A stretch of 64,000 bases of DNA from Amoebidium appalachense (GCA_963693365.1 CAVNZM010000001.1:8696907-8760906), one strand, 5' to 3'. Numbered from the stretch's first letter, positions 1-28,887 are shown. Notes: a model not told the origin generated them from the sequence alone. Numbers and translations: made by a program.

Positions 1-1109
1 CGCTACCACAGCGCCGGCTGAAGAAAAAACATGCCATTTAGAATACGCGCCAAATAAAAGCCAGGAATTCGGGTACCCTCCCAAGACACAGTCATGCTAG
101 GATCGAGTGTGCGGTTCCGTTGAGCCTAACCTTAAGTTTTTTGAAAAAGAAAGAAAAAAACTAGCACAAATAAACCCAAAAAAAAAAAAAAAAGCCCGAT
201 GCTGGTCACTTAGTAGTGCATGCTCTATCAAACTCCCAAAACCCAACAGGAAATACCCCTACCAAAAAAAAACTCACCAGGTAGCGTTGCGGGCAAAGTT
301 GTGGTTGGTGCAGGCAGGGCAGATCCAGTCACCAGCGCGGAAGTTGGGTGGGATAGCCACACCCTCGGCCGGCCTCATGGAACCACACTGTAAACATCAA
401 GAATAGTGAATACATAGTTTCGAGGGGTGTAGGGATGTTATAATTGAGGGATAGAAGGGGCACCATATTCGTCAGTTACATGAACCCAGGTGTGTGTCAG
501 GTGCGCAAACCTGCAAGAACATGATGGTGTACTTGACAATAATAACCGACTAAAGAGGAGTGGCTTCTACGATGAAGGCACTACATACACGCTGTCGTAG
601 CTGTTTGAGAAACTACCCCCCAAAAGGGCCACAAAAAAACCCTTACACAAAAAAAAACTTCAGACAACTGATGCAGCTTGTTAGCACATGCATCGAAAGA
701 GCTCTATCAATGTCAGCCAATTATGTAGTGTGTGCTGCTAATGATTAGGAACCTGAAACGGCTAAGTATGTAACGTGCAAGACCTTGTTTCTAACGCGCC
801 GAACCCACTCATAGCAGCCCACTCTAAGCTTATACTCCGCAAAATTTTATAAAACCATGTGGGCTCAAAGGGTACTTCCACGATGCAGCACCACAAACCC
901 GGATAATATAATAAATTTTGGCTTGCGTGTATGCAACCGCACCGCACAATAACATTGTTCAAGCATCCATCTGTCTTCTTCTCGTTCTCAAATCCTGCTT
1001 GCTTGACACTTACTCTCCGGCAAGCCGTCTGGCGAGCGAAGTTATGGTTCTGGCAGTTGGGCGTGGGGCAGATCCAGTCGCCAGGGCGGAAGTCAGCGTT
1101 GCTAGCCAT
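1..1109 (-). CDS. RanBP2-type (C4) zinc-finger RNA-binding protein, 5' part; exons 1109-1014, 387-278, 17-1 (runs off the window)
   Basis: Spliced translation MASNADFRPGDWICPTPNCQNHNFARQTACRR|CGSMRPAEGVAIPPNFRAGDWICPACTNHNFARNATC|RRCGS gives two W-x-C-x(2,4)-C-x3-N-x6-C-x2-C fingers. Introns are GT-AG with matching phases. Confidence 0.9.
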
Positions 1110-4008
1110 GTTTAAAAGTTGCTACTAGCTAAAAGCAAGAAAGTGAAAATGAAAAGCAAAACCCCCCAAAACACCCTTCCCGCTGTGCGTGTGTGTGTGT
1201 GTGCCTTCGTGCGTGTGTGTGTGGGCCGATTCGGCGCCTTTTTTTGCGAAGCACGTGTGACAGGCCAGCTGGCAAACAGCCAACTGACTCCGCATACGCA
1301 TGATTTGAAACGTGCAAATTGCTGCTTTAAAATTATTATGGTTTAAAGAGATATGAAAAAGCTGTTTATGTTGAGGCTGCAGCTAATCAGCACATTGCAT
1401 TATGATTGTGATGTGCCGTGTTGACATATCCATGCAATGATGCGACAGCAGCAAATTTGCGGGAAAAGCCAAAAACACACAAAAAGTTGTGTGCGTCCGT
1501 TGTGCCGTGTGTGTGCGTGTCACAGTGTAACTTAACTGGTACGGAATATAAAAGGAATGAGACCCTACAGAACGCAGGCCATGTTGCCGTGTATCACCTC
1601 ACTTCCTCCGTCCAATCATACCCTTGCTTCCTCTAGTCTCCCCCCCCCCCCCCCCCCCCCCCTCCCCCCTCCCCATACCCCTCCCGGTTGCCCGCCGCAC
1701 TCCCACCTTGAATCCTACGCTAGCAAAGCGGTTAATTTATGTATACCTTCTAGATTGGGTTACAGTTGAAGCCAAAATGGGCACAGGCCAAGGTGTTTTG
1801 GACTGCTCCTCCGGGCAAATAATACAGATGTCTTGTTTGTCCACATGTACTTCGAGCTATCAAGGGGGCCACAAAACACACAACACAAACCACAACCCTT
1901 GGCCCTAATAAATCTTGTGACAGCGCATTTCATCAAAACTGGAAAGTCAGCCAGCGTTTTTAGGGCGTGCAGAAAAGGAAAATCCTAGCCTTCCTAGAAG
2001 CGAGAAGAATAGAAAATTCCGAAGTACAAGGTGCATTATCCTTTGTGTAGGGTTGTTCCCTTGCCGAGAACTGCTATATGTATACAAAAAAGTCTTTTGA
2101 AAGAGATCTTTCGGAGACCACCTGTGCACAGAACTACCCCTGCCTCAAACTGGTGCTGGGCAAACAGCGCACCTGTGTTGCGGATGTTTCACAACAGTCA
2201 ATATGACTGTACGTTAGTGCCCTCCGGTGACTTACGAGGTTACGTACACAACCGTGCCTGCTCCAGCACCCTCGATCATTTAGCTCGATCATTTGGGGTT
2301 AGACACGCAGCAAACAGGTATCCGTCTTATTCCCTGAGGATAAGTGTGCGTACACTCTGTGATGCAGTGGAACATCAGCTACGGATCCGGACCTTGCTCC
2401 GGGGTTTGTCATATTGCATTGCCTGAGTTTCTTTACGTTCTCCTACGGCCCTAGGCAACAAATATGGGCAAATGACGGATAAACATGTTGGAATTATCGC
2501 CAAAAAAGAAACAGGCCGAGGCACTGAGCTTGAGGAATGATAGGCTCATTGTGTTGACGTCATTGAGCCACCTTTGATAGGGCAATAATGTCATTGTAGG
2601 CGTTGAGAAGGCTACCTGCTTTAGACTCACAGCGAAGCCCTGAGCACTCGAAACTTTTCAGCGGCTCATTATGTCTTGTACTTGTCTTGTGTGTATGTTG
2701 AAGGACTCTGAACTTGAAGCGTATAATTATAGGTCTTAGTTGCTATAACTTTTTGTCATAAAACCTTTCACCAAGTTATCTAGTTGTCACTTTAGACCAC
2801 TGCTGCTGTCACATCTGGGGCTTTTTCAGTTTGTGCATCGCGAGGACTGTTTGTTCCTCGGAAACTGACAGCCATCCTCGTCCCACAATGCGTCCGGTAA
2901 CTAATTACAACTGTTAGTTTTTGTTCTCGAAAGCCTTGAAGGAAAGAAGGACATATGTAATATAAGAAGGACGTACGTAATACATCGAAACCTTTTGCTC
3001 AGAACCCCAGCAACAGGGCACTGAAGGCATGGCCAGTATGATAACCCCCCCCTCCCCCCCCCTCCTCCCCCTTCGCCCCCTCTTACACACAAGCCCACAC
3101 ACCCAAGAGCATGCACACAAGAAAACACACAACGCGCGCACACACGCACACACACACACACACTTATGCTCTCACTTTCTTACCGTTCTCTTCTTCCGAA
3201 GTTGGAAGGTGAGGGTCTGTCCAATTCTGCGTTTCTGGGGTTGATAGAGTAGGATATGAAAAGCTGCTTTGGTGGGCGTCGTTTCTAATCTTTATGTAGC
3301 CCCTATTATAAGAAAAACAGAAAAAAAAGATTGAGGTGTAAAGCAAAACACAAGCGCTTTTTCTATCATGGTTCACGTCTTGAATCAACAGTAAATCTTA
3401 TTTCTTTTTGTGCCTGGGTGTACATCTACATTCATCACCGTGTGCTATTAGATCTCAGGGGCTCTCCGAGGTGCGCTTTAATGTCCCTCGCTGGTCGTAT
3501 GCCAATTGTCATACTACTGGCTGCCATCAACGGCTTTTGAAAGATCCCCTGCATGCACACATATTTTTCCTTCGTGATTGATAGGAGCTGCTTGTGCGCT
3601 ACCCATACTGGCGGAATTTTTTGAAGGTTATATGCGCCTGGTGGATCACATCACATACCCTGACCCTCGACAAGTTTTGAAATGTTTGGTATACGCTTAG
3701 TAAAGCCAAATTGCATTTTTTTTTTTTTTTTTTTTACCTGCGTGGATGGGCCTCTAGGGGAGGAGGTTTTCAAGTAGGGGTGATTCAAGTTTCAGTGGCC
3801 AAAGACCATACATCCCATCTCTGGATATGACGTGAAGTATGCCAAAACTCTAAGTTCCTTTTTTAAACATCCCTTCGCCAGCCCTTCCCCCTCTCCAAAC
3901 CACCAACACCACCACCTCTATTCTCGCCCACCGAAGCCTTGCCCTTTCTTTCCGATCCTTGCACATACATCTCAACCCCCCCCCCCCCCCCCTCCCTCCC
4001 ACCCTTAC

Positions 4009-4120
4009 TAAGGATGAACTCTGCTTATGATGCGCATTCCTGGCGTCTGATTTTCACTCTGCATGGTACTGCCCGCTTTGAAGGTGTCCTTCGTACTCTA
4101 TAACCTACTTTCTAACCGAC
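4009..4120 (+). mobile_element. Degenerate copy of the repeat family upstream of DysF exon 4236
   Basis: aaggatgaactctgcttatgatgc...cttcgtactc...ttctaacc, flanked by poly-C. Confidence 0.55.
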
Positions 4121-4235
4121 CCCTTCCCCCCCCCCCCCCCCCCCCCCCCCCTCCCCCCCCCCCCCCCCCCGGCTCTCCCCCCCTCCCCCACCTCCTTCCC
4201 ACCCTTCCCATTCGTCATGTTTTGCTTGAACACAG

Positions 4236-18345
<14,110 letters not shown>

Positions 18346-18400
18346 AGGGGAGGGTGCAACAAAGCAAGGAAAGAGCGAGAATGTTACGGTGGTTTTGGAT

Positions 18401-18750
18401 TACACGGTGTGTGTGCTGGTGGTGGGGTTGGGTGTGTTGTTGTTGCTGTGTTTGTGGGGCCAGCTTGCTATGTTAGGAAGGATGAATGGAATGGTGGGTG
18501 CCGTGGACTCAATGTGATTTTTTTTTCCTTCCTCACCCTCTGTGTTCCCTTTGCCGGTTTTTCTTTTCTTTCTTTCTTTCTTTTTTTTTTTTTTTTTTTT
18601 CCGGGGGTTTTTTTTCCGGGGGTTTTTTTTTAATGAGAACTACACGGTGTGTGTGCTGGTGGTGGGGTTGGGTGTGTGGTGGTTGCTGTGTTTGTGGATG
18701 CAGGTTGCTATGTTAAGAAGGATGAATGGAATGGTGGGTGCCGTGGACTC
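18401..18750 (+). repeat. Direct duplication of about 110 bp (18401-18510 and 18641-18750)
   Basis: Both copies read tacacggtgtgtgtgctggtggtggggttgggtgtg...gaaggatgaatggaatggtgggtgccgtggactc. Confidence 0.85.
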
Positions 18751-18869
18751 GCTGTGAGACCCCTTGGGTTGTTTTTTTTGAGTGGTTTTTGGTGTTTTTT
18801 CTTTTTTGCCTCTCTTTTCTGTGCGTTGGTGAGATGTTTGAATGTAGATTAATGTCTCTTTTCGTTTCG

Positions 18870-18920
<51 letters not shown>

Positions 18921-19139
18921 GAAACAAAAAAAGAAAATGTGTGTGGTGGTGATGGCGTTGAGTGTTATTTTTCTCGCATTAGTTTGGTTAAAACGTTTGG
19001 CTGTGTCGCGTTTCCCCATTCTTTTCTCTTTGCTCTTTCTTTTTCTTTTCTTTTTTTTTTTTTTTTTTTTTTTTGTTTTTTTTTGGGTCCCCTCTCTCCC
19101 TCGGCATTTTCCTTTTTTTAACCTGATGAAATTTTGAGC

Positions 19140-19450
19140 CGGAAGGTTTTCTTTTTGACAAATTCGGAGGAATGAGGTGACAGTGTGTTCGGTCATATGT
19201 TTGTGTGTGGATGAGGGGTTGTCGATTTTCGTTGGGCGGATTTACTAATAGAATAAGGATGTCGGAGACGGTAAATCTTTTCAGACTTGTTTTCATAGAT
19301 TTACAAAGGAGAGAGCACGTAACAGGAAGGTGAGAGTTGGAGTGGTTAAAAGTAGAATGAGCCATGAAGATTTTGGGTGCTAAGGTTTGATAGGCTCGAC
19401 GCATTTGTGTTAGCCATATTTGGGGCGGTGTTTTCGAAAATGATCTTCTG
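19140..19450 (-). mobile_element. Possible decayed non-LTR retrotransposon RT fragment
   Basis: ORF segment PPQIWLTQMRRAYQTLAPK...SDILILLVNPPNENRQPLIHTQTYDRTHCHLI loosely follows the spacing of the 'I..EV..A...L..K...I.LI.K..NYRPISL...YK' pre-RT motif. Judged by eye only. Confidence 0.3.
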
Positions 19451-19861
19451 TTAGAGCACTCCTGATTTAGTAGTAGCCCTTGCATTGATACTATAGCTGT
19501 CCCAGCATCGATATCAGTACGGCTGTTGGGTTGTTGATGGTGGTAGCTATATGTGCAAGCCAGAATCATTGATGTGTTTACTGTGATGACTTTCAGTTAA
19601 ATCATGTACGTACTAAATAGGCAAGTATGATAGGATCCATTTTAGATGGACCGTGAAGTGTACATAAGTTTATAAATTGCACGGCTGTAATGAAATATCA
19701 ATTCGAATGCGGTGTTGCCACCAAAAGCAGCAGCAACAACAACGTTAACAACAACAACAACAACAACAACAACCCCCTCTCCGGATCCCCCCATCTCTCT
19801 CTCTAAAAAAAAGAAAAAAAAAAGAAAAAAAACGTTCCACACACACGTGCATACACACTGT

Positions 19862-19899
<38 letters not shown>

Positions 19900-21275
19900 T
19901 ACACATGGCATTGCGCGTGCGCGCAAAGAAAAAAAAAAACACACTTGCCTGCACACACACACACACATCACACTGACCCCTAGGCCTACCGCTAATCATT
20001 TCAAGGCCCTCTGCTTAACCACCATCAGCGCACACACATGCACACAGTCATGCACACATGCATTCACGTGCTGTCAGACTGCATCATGTCACTGTCGGAC
20101 CTGGACATTCTTACTCATAGTTATATGGAGCACCCACTGTACGTAATGCATGCATAACTCTAGTTTCGGTATACTGTACTACTAATATTAGGTAACCGGC
20201 ACTGTGCACGTGATGCATGTACACATGCGACCTTACACCGCGGCCGAGGTACACACAAACTTTGGAGTCTTGATTGTGTACACGTTAGTTCAGCGTCTTG
20301 TCTGTCCAGGCCGGAGCTATAATATTGTAGATGTGTGAAAATGTGCGAATGAGGGCTTGACAAGGCGGACGGCCACCTCTTTGTATCATTTCAATAGTCA
20401 ATAGACATTTTTATTACTTTCTCGCTGGCATTGTACATCACTTGTCGTTAACTATGTTGTAATGGAATCGGGTGCACATCCGACTCTTGCATTCAGTGTA
20501 CGGAAACACTAGTGGTTATGATGGTGCTCGTGTAATCGACGGAATCACCGTGCATGGAATATCATGGGGACTATAGGGTTTACTACCCCCTGTCTATTAT
20601 ATGGGTGGTGCATGATATTAATTGCAGATCTGAGATTGACCATCGAGTGAGCCAAGGGTCTGATGTGGATCTGTACCACTGAGTCATTCGAGCATTGCAT
20701 TTATCCAGAAGATAGGCTGATGTATGTCCCCTTTTAATACCTTGTGTGTGTGTGCGTGCGCCGTGATGGGCGGGGGTAGGGAGTCGCAATGGAAGACCCT
20801 TTGGGTCCGTGCTGTAAACGTACGAGACAACGTGGCGTTCCAACATTTTGCGACCACGTACTGTTTATTTACTGAATTATCGTCACAAATCCCATACCTT
20901 CACTTCCACATCTGACCATAACATGTCAGATTCAGGCTCACAGGGAACCAACCACATGAATCAAATCTCACAAGCCGGTGGCCACAAACACAATTTGAGG
21001 AAAACAAAGAGGTAAACAATCGTCTCGCACTCCAAGCATACATGATCAAGAGCGAATAAATATGAATATACAAGTATATAGCATTTTGACACCGAGGTCA
21101 ACCCACCACGTGTTCTCACACACCAGAAAGAAACAGACCTACCAATCCAATCATAGAATCCTAACTACACAGTCGTCTTATTTAACTAAATCCCGGTCAG
21201 ACTACCCCACACAAGCTTCTTCCCATGTATTTCAAAGGTTTGCACAAAATAGCAACCGACTGAGATAGCATGCAA

Positions 21276-21370
21276 TCAGTAGCGAGGGCGTTTGTTAGGG
21301 TCGTTGTCGCCAAAGCCGGAGGCATCTCTCTTGTAGCCCTGCATAATTCATGTGTGAGCAAAACGAACAG

Positions 21371-21409
<39 letters not shown>

Positions 21410-22132
21410 ACGGGCCTTGCCAAAACCACAAGCAGCAACCAAACAAAGAGCAAGCCCCCCTTCTCCCCCGCCCAAACACACACACACACCCACACCCACC
21501 CACCCACCCACACACACACACACACCCTTTCCCCCCTCCCCCCTCCCTCTCTTACCTGCTGGTCGTAGGAGCCATACGCCTGCGCCTGCTGCCCATAACT
21601 ATACGCCGCCTGTGCCGCGGGATTCGCACCCGCCGCACCCACCGCTGCAGCCGCCGCAGGTGCACCCCCAGCAGCACCCGGTGCAGCCCCGCTCTGCTGC
21701 TGCTGATATGCCGCCAGCTGGGCATAGTATGCGGCCCATGCGGCCGCGGCATCTTGTGTCTGCCCCGCTGCACCTGCGGCCGGATTGGTGGCGGCGGGAG
21801 GGGCGGCGGCGGCGGCTGGGGTTGGAGTTGGGGCCGCGGCCGCGGCGGCCTGTAAAAGTGAGAGTGTGAGTGTGTGTGTGGTGGGTGTTGGGGTTGTTTG
21901 TGTATATATATATAGCGAGAGAGAGAGAGAGAGAGAAGAGTGTGTGGGTGTGTGGGTGGGTGGGTGGGTGGATGTTAGGGTTGTGTATATTGGAGGGAGA
22001 TGGGGGGGGGGGGGGGGGGGGTGATGAGGGGGCATGTGGATGGAATATGTGGGGTAGTTGGAAAGGGGAATGATGGACACAGAGGCCGGCAGATAGCAAA
22101 GAACACGAGAAACACAGAGTAAACATGCGCGT

Positions 22133-22184
<52 letters not shown>

Positions 22185-23312
22185 ACCCTACTTCCTCCAC
22201 GAACACATCCACCACACCTACACCCACGCCCAACCCCACTCCCACACCGTCCCCCACAACCCCACCCCACATTTCCCCCACACCAACCCAGAGAGAGCAG
22301 CAAACACAGCACAATCAGATAAGACCCCCCCCCCCCCCCCCCACCCCCACGTAAGCGCACCCTCACACATACCGGCGCCTGTGCCTGGCCATACTGACTG
22401 TAGTAGTTTGCATACGGGTTCGACGCCGGGGTCGGCTGCGTTGCCGGGGCTGGGGCAGCCGCGGCTGTGGCAGCAGCGGCAGGGGCAGGGGCGGCACCAG
22501 CAGGGGGGGTATAACCTGCCGGCCACTGACCATAGTACTGATAGTACTGTTGGGCATACTGCGCCCACTGCTGCTCATAGGACCCTGCGGCGGCCCCCGG
22601 GGGCGGCTGGGGTGGTCGAAATTGGGGTGGGTTGGGCGGCAGGGGCAGCGGTGGTAGGGGGGTTGGCTGTAGGCAGTGGGAGGGGCGGACATGGTGGCGG
22701 GGCCTGCTGCTGCCGCACCCTGTGTGTGTGTGTTAGTGCCAAGAAGTTGATGTGTTGGTATATATCGTTTTTTTTTGTGTGCAACTGGCAAATGTTTCCG
22801 CGGAAAATGGAGGGGGGGGGGGGGGGGGGGGGGGGGGGTTGCATCAACACCATTCTATGGAACGTGTAGCCATGCATCTTGCAAGCAGACAAAGCAGCAG
22901 TAGGGATGGGAGAGCTGTGTCAGCGTGTATGTACGGCCATGTGTGCATATGTGTCATTATCAGAACTGTTTGTGAAGAAAGGGAAGCACAGCGGAGATAA
23001 TGGGGAGGGGAGGGGGGGACTCTTTAGGCAAATATACCTGGGCCTTTGAAGGGTCATTGTACAGGCCCCAGGTGTTGGGGGCGCCCGGTTGCTGCTGCTG
23101 GGCCGGCTGGCCGTAAGTGCCAAACTGGCCCAGCTGCTGGGGCTGCTGCTGGCCGTAATTTCCATAGGACCCCCCCTGGGGCTGCTGCTGGCCGTACTGG
23201 CCGTACTGCTGCTGGGGGGGTTGTTGGCCGTATTGGCCAAATTGCTGGGGCTGCTGCTGCTGCTGCTGGGGCTGGCCGTACTGACCAAACTGGCTGCCCT
23301 GCTGCTGCTAAG

Positions 23313-23410
<98 letters not shown>

Positions 23411-24186
23411 ATGTGTGCGGTAGTGGTAGTGGTGGTGAGGGGAGAGCAGGAGTTAGAATGCGGAGCAGGGTACCGTAGTACAACTACAGGATGGAACCCG
23501 TTTTGGCAGGGTGTGGAAGGGGCGGGGGATAGGATGTGTTACAGATTGCCGAGTTTACTTGTTCACGACGGACAAAACAACGGATTTTGTGCAATCCAAA
23601 CGAGAGAACAGAAGCAGGAAGCCTCCGTGGTAAGTATGGTGTGGGGGCTCAGAGAGCGAGAGGTTACTTGGAATGAGTGTTCTGTGCCACAGTGTCGAAC
23701 GAACCCCTTCCTTGGGCTGTGTGTGTTTGTGCACACACGGAAAAAATGTTGTCGTCGTCGTGTGCACGTTGTGATGTGTGCCTGGGGGTATATTGAATGC
23801 AACAACAAACAGTACAAAAGATATTCTAAAGCACCACGCAAATGCACACGGACATAATGCACAAGCGAATCACAGCAGGAGAACCGTTTGACCACATTAA
23901 GAAAAACATTACAGACTATGAAGTACACGTTCACAACGGACAACACAAAACAACTTTTGCAGCACACACCGAATATGCATTATAAGCAGAACCCGTCCTC
24001 ATCCCCTGGGGAAGGGTGGGTGGGTGGGTGGGGGGGGGGGGGGAAGGGGGGGGCATGCATACTTGCTGGCCGTACTGGCCATACTGGGTGGGCTGCTGGT
24101 TGAAGGGTGGGCGGGCAGCTCCGGGGGCAGGGGTAGGTGCAGGCGCAGGTGGGCGGGCAGCAGATGCAGCAGATGCACCACCAATC

Positions 24187-24247
<61 letters not shown>

Positions 24248-24442
24248 TGTGTGTGTGCGCGCGCCTGTGGTTGTGCTTGCGTGTTTACGACGTGCTGGTT
24301 TGTGGTGTGGTGGGCATGTGTGTGTGTGTGTGTGGAGGGGGGGGGGGGAGAGGGGGGGGGGGGGTATGTCGGCATGATGTCCATAGTTGGTGTGTGAGCT
24401 CATATCCGAACACGCGCAGAGCACACATGATTCTCCCCACCG

Positions 24443-24473
<31 letters not shown>

Positions 24474-25138
24474 CTCCCCATCTTTCCCCCGTGCCTCTCT
24501 TTTCCTATTAGTGCTGGTGGTGTCCCGCGTGTACGTGTGTGAGCGCACGATCGTGTGTCTAGGTGTGTGTAGTAAATATACGTGTGTCTCCGCCTATGCC
24601 TCTTACTAGTCGAGATTGCGCTGGCTGCTGGGGGGGTGGGTGGGTGGACGGGTGGATGGATGCGAACGATTCAGAAAAAGGGCGTACACATGCACATCAC
24701 GTAAAAAAGATACAGGCATTTGAAGGTGGCGTGGGGTGGGGTGGGATTGGAAGTCGGGCGCAGGGGGGAGGGGGGAGGGGGGTTGAATGCGTCGTAAAGT
24801 ACGAAGTACACATAGCCAATGGACAACACGATGCAGGGTGCAAACCATACATACATGGGGGGGAGGGGGGAGGGTGTTTGAATGCGGAGTACGGTACGAA
24901 GCACAACTACACCATCAAAAACAGGGTGCAGGTCACATGCAAAGGCAGACACTCCCCCCTCCCCCCTCCCCCAGCTCCCCCAGGGGGAAGGGTCTTCTTC
25001 AACGCCAGCATCCACCCCCACTATCTACTTATCCTTTAAGTATGCAGCATCAGCAAGCGCACAGGTGAGGGGGAAGGGATGGAGAGGCGGCGGGGGGAGG
25101 GGGGGGGAAGGAGGGGTAGGGGGTAGGGGGGGGAGGGA

Positions 25139-25173
<35 letters not shown>

Positions 25174-26176
25174 ATACCTTGGCAGCCGCACCGCCCATAG
25201 CCGCCTGTTGCAAAATTGAGAGAGGCTGTTAGCGGGAGAACAAACATACACATAGTTCGCCTAGAACGAACCCGTATGTATCACAACACCAACCACTACA
25301 TTCAAAGGAAATCCCCCAAGCACGGACACGAAAGTATCCACACCTTTTTGCAACAGTTATGGATCTTGATTTGAAACCAAACGGTTATGATACTTACACC
25401 CGGGGAAGAGAGAGGGGGGGGGGGAGGGGGGGGGGGGGGGGGGGGGGGGGGGAGGGGGTTTAGTTGCGAATTCAGTACACAGTACAAAGTACAAAATTAC
25501 AGCAGGAAACATAATGCGGAGATTGAAAAAAGGAAAGGCACCTAAGTATGACAAAAAGCAGAGACCATCCTCAAGGGGAAGGCAAAGCCATGCAGAGAGT
25601 CTGAATTTTGGAAACAGCTCATGCGGGAAGCCAAAAAACGGATTGAGTGCATGTATGTGTCTGTGCGTGCGTGTGCGTGTGCATGTGCGTGTGTGTGCAC
25701 GAGTGTCTGTGGTGCGTTTAAGCCCGTGTCTGTGCTTGTGGATTGGGCGCAGGACGGAGGATGGATGGCCGGAGAGGGTTTGAATGCGGTACACGGTACG
25801 GAGTACGCATACACGATGAGAAGCATGGTGCAGGACACGTGCAAAGGCAAACATTCAAGCACGCAACATCAGCATTGCGTACAGTACTGGGGGGGGGGGG
25901 GGGGGGGGGGTCTGAATGCGGAACACGATACGAAGTACGCATACACGAAGGACACATGCAAAGGCAAACATTCAAGTATGCAAGGGGGATACCAGGCGGG
26001 AGGGATGGATGTTGCCCAGGCCGGGAGCGGTTTCGGCAGGCTCCTCCTTCTTACCCTGTGACAGACAGGGTGAGCAAAAAGGTGTTTGCTTAAACGTCTA
26101 TGTCGGTGTCGCTACAGGATTTCTTTAAATGGTGACGCTAATATGCATGAAAATGGGGGTTGCGGAGAGTGTGTGT

Positions 26177-26275
<99 letters not shown>

Positions 26276-27318
26276 TGTGTGTGTGTGAATGTGTGCGAGC
26301 GCGCAAATGAACCAGAAACAAGCCTCCACAGGGAATGATCTATGAGTGGCAAAGTAGATGCCAATAAACACGACCCACGAACCACACGACAAAATGGACA
26401 GAAAGGCGTCCTGAACATACACAGCACATCACACCAACACATCCCAGTTATGTTACAAGAGAACAGTGCACGGGACGCACATGTGGAACACAAAAACAAC
26501 CCCCTTACCCCCCCCCCCCCCCCCCCCCCCCCCTCCCCCCCCCACACACACCCACCCACCCACCCACCCACCCACCCACCCACCCACCCACACACACAAA
26601 AGAAAAAAAAAAAAGAAAAAAAAAAGGAAAAAAAAAAAAGAAAAGCAAACACACCTGCGACTGGGGCTGCTGCAGAAGGGGGCGAGGGGTGGGGAGAGGC
26701 GTCACACCCTGAAGTCCGGCGGGCCCACTGCGGAAACGAAAAAAAAAAATCCTGTTAATTCCTGGAGCTGTGCGGACACGTGGCTGGACCAGAAGGGGGC
26801 AAAAAAAAAAAAAAAAAAAAAAAAAAAGATCTGCAAATACTATAAAGCGACGAGTTGAGTTTCTCCAAAAAAACACCATTGATACTATGTCGTGTCATGA
26901 AGATAAGTGCCACCCGCTATGTACCATCCCAGGCACATTCTACCCCCTCCCCCCCCCCCCCCCCCCCCCCCAATCCTCATGGGGCCAAAAAAAACACATA
27001 CCCATATCCACGGGGGCCCTCTCCCTCCGGCCGTGGCATGCCCGGACGTGGCCCCATAACGGGCCCAGGTCCCATGAGCCCGGGGCCACCCGGTCCCCCG
27101 GCACCCAGAAGGCCAGGCTGCCCGGGCATTCCTTGCATACCAGGCATTCCTTGCATACCGGGCATTCCTTGTGGGCCGGGCATCCCAGGCATGCCGGGTG
27201 CACCGGGCATTCCTTGCATGCCGGGCATTCCTGGCATACCAGCGCGGGCAGGGGGTCCGCCAAGAAGTGGGCCACCCATGGGGCGGGGACCACCCGGGAA
27301 CATGGGGCCACGGGGACC

Positions 27319-27351
<33 letters not shown>

Positions 27352-27401
27352 TGGTGGTGGTGGTGGTGGGGTGGGTGGGTGGGTGGGTGGGTGGGTGGGG
27401 T

Positions 27402-27453
<52 letters not shown>

Positions 27454-28017
27454 TTTGTTAGTGTGAGTTGGATCATGTGTGCAAGGAACATGCACACCGG
27501 GGGAGGGGAGGGGGACGCATTAATAATTGACAAGTGGCAAGCATGGAGGCAAAAAAACTAATTTTTTTTAACAAAAAAAAAAAGACAAAAGAAAAAACAC
27601 AAACAGAAGCGAAGAATCATTTTGCGGCTAGAAAACAGTGAATCTGGATCTACCTTGAACAATGCCGAGCAAAGTTGTGTATATTTGTGTTATGCCTGTA
27701 TGTGTGTGTTGTGGTAATGGTGGTGATGGTGGTGGTAGGAAAAAAAAAACAGGTGTGTGCGCGAGTGGGTGGTAGCGGTGGTGGTGGTTGGGAGGGAGAG
27801 GGGGCTGCGCGGGGGAGGGGGGGGGGGGGGGGGGGGGGGGGGGAGACTATACCCAAAGCCCGGGCCATAGGGGCCCCGGGGGCCAGGTCCACGAACGGGG
27901 TCAGGCAGCATGCCCATGCCATCATGAGGCCCACGAGGACCACCCCACCCAGGCATCATCCCGGGCATACCCATGCCCCACCCTGGGCGTGAACCACCAA
28001 AACCTGCAAAGATGAGG

Positions 28018-28098
<81 letters not shown>

Positions 28099-28887
28099 GG
28101 AGGGGGGGGGGGGGGGGGGTAAGGGGAGTGAGCGTGTGGGGGAAGGTGGGGGGGATGTGGTGAATATACGAAATGACACACCATGGATGTGGTGGAATGC
28201 AGGAGCAGGAGAGGAGGGATATGGGATGAAAGTATGAACTTATCGAATCATGAGTGTATGGCGCATAATGGGATGACAATATGAACTATCGTACCAGGGA
28301 GATTTGTATTAAAAAGCACACGAGAAGTTTAACCCATCACTCCCCCCACCCTCACCCAAAAAAACCCTCTCCCCACAAAAACCTGCCACCAACTCTGGCC
28401 AACTCCCCCCCCCCCCCCCCCCCCCCCCCCACACACACACATCTAACCCCCCCCCCCCCCCAAACACCCCACCCGCTTCGTACCCTACACACATGAACTC
28501 TCACACACCCACACGTACCAGGGCGCATGAGAGGCGCACCGCGTCCGGGGCCAAAGGGCAGGTTGATTGGTGCCTGACCCTGGTTGATTTGGTTGTTTAG
28601 GGTCACCGCACCAGTCTTGGTGGGGTTGCCAAACCCTACGCGCATGGGCTGGCCCTTGAGCTTGTAGTTGTGGAATAGCTTCTGCGCCTTGTCTGCTCCT
28701 TGCTGTGGAAGAAAAAAAGAAGGGGGAAAAAAAAGGGCGGGGTAGGGGGGGTGAGAAAGTGCAAACAGTGATGCACATGCAGAGGGGGTTCAAACGGGAT
28801 ACAAGCTGTGATGTATTAAGACGCGCAATGGAGAATACATGGCAGGGCATGATAGGTTCGCAAGAAAGAACAGGACGAGGTGTGTGA

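Noticed and set aside
2031-2426. 131-aa non-repetitive ORF
   Set aside because: No recognisable motif or splice context.
23089-23478. Poly-Leu membrane-like ORF
   Set aside because: Antisense of the CAG-rich Q/G/Y exon.
25984-25992. Donor GTATCCCC resembling the U12 consensus
   Set aside because: Lacks GTATCCTT, and no TCCTTAAC branch site was seen; treated as U2-type.
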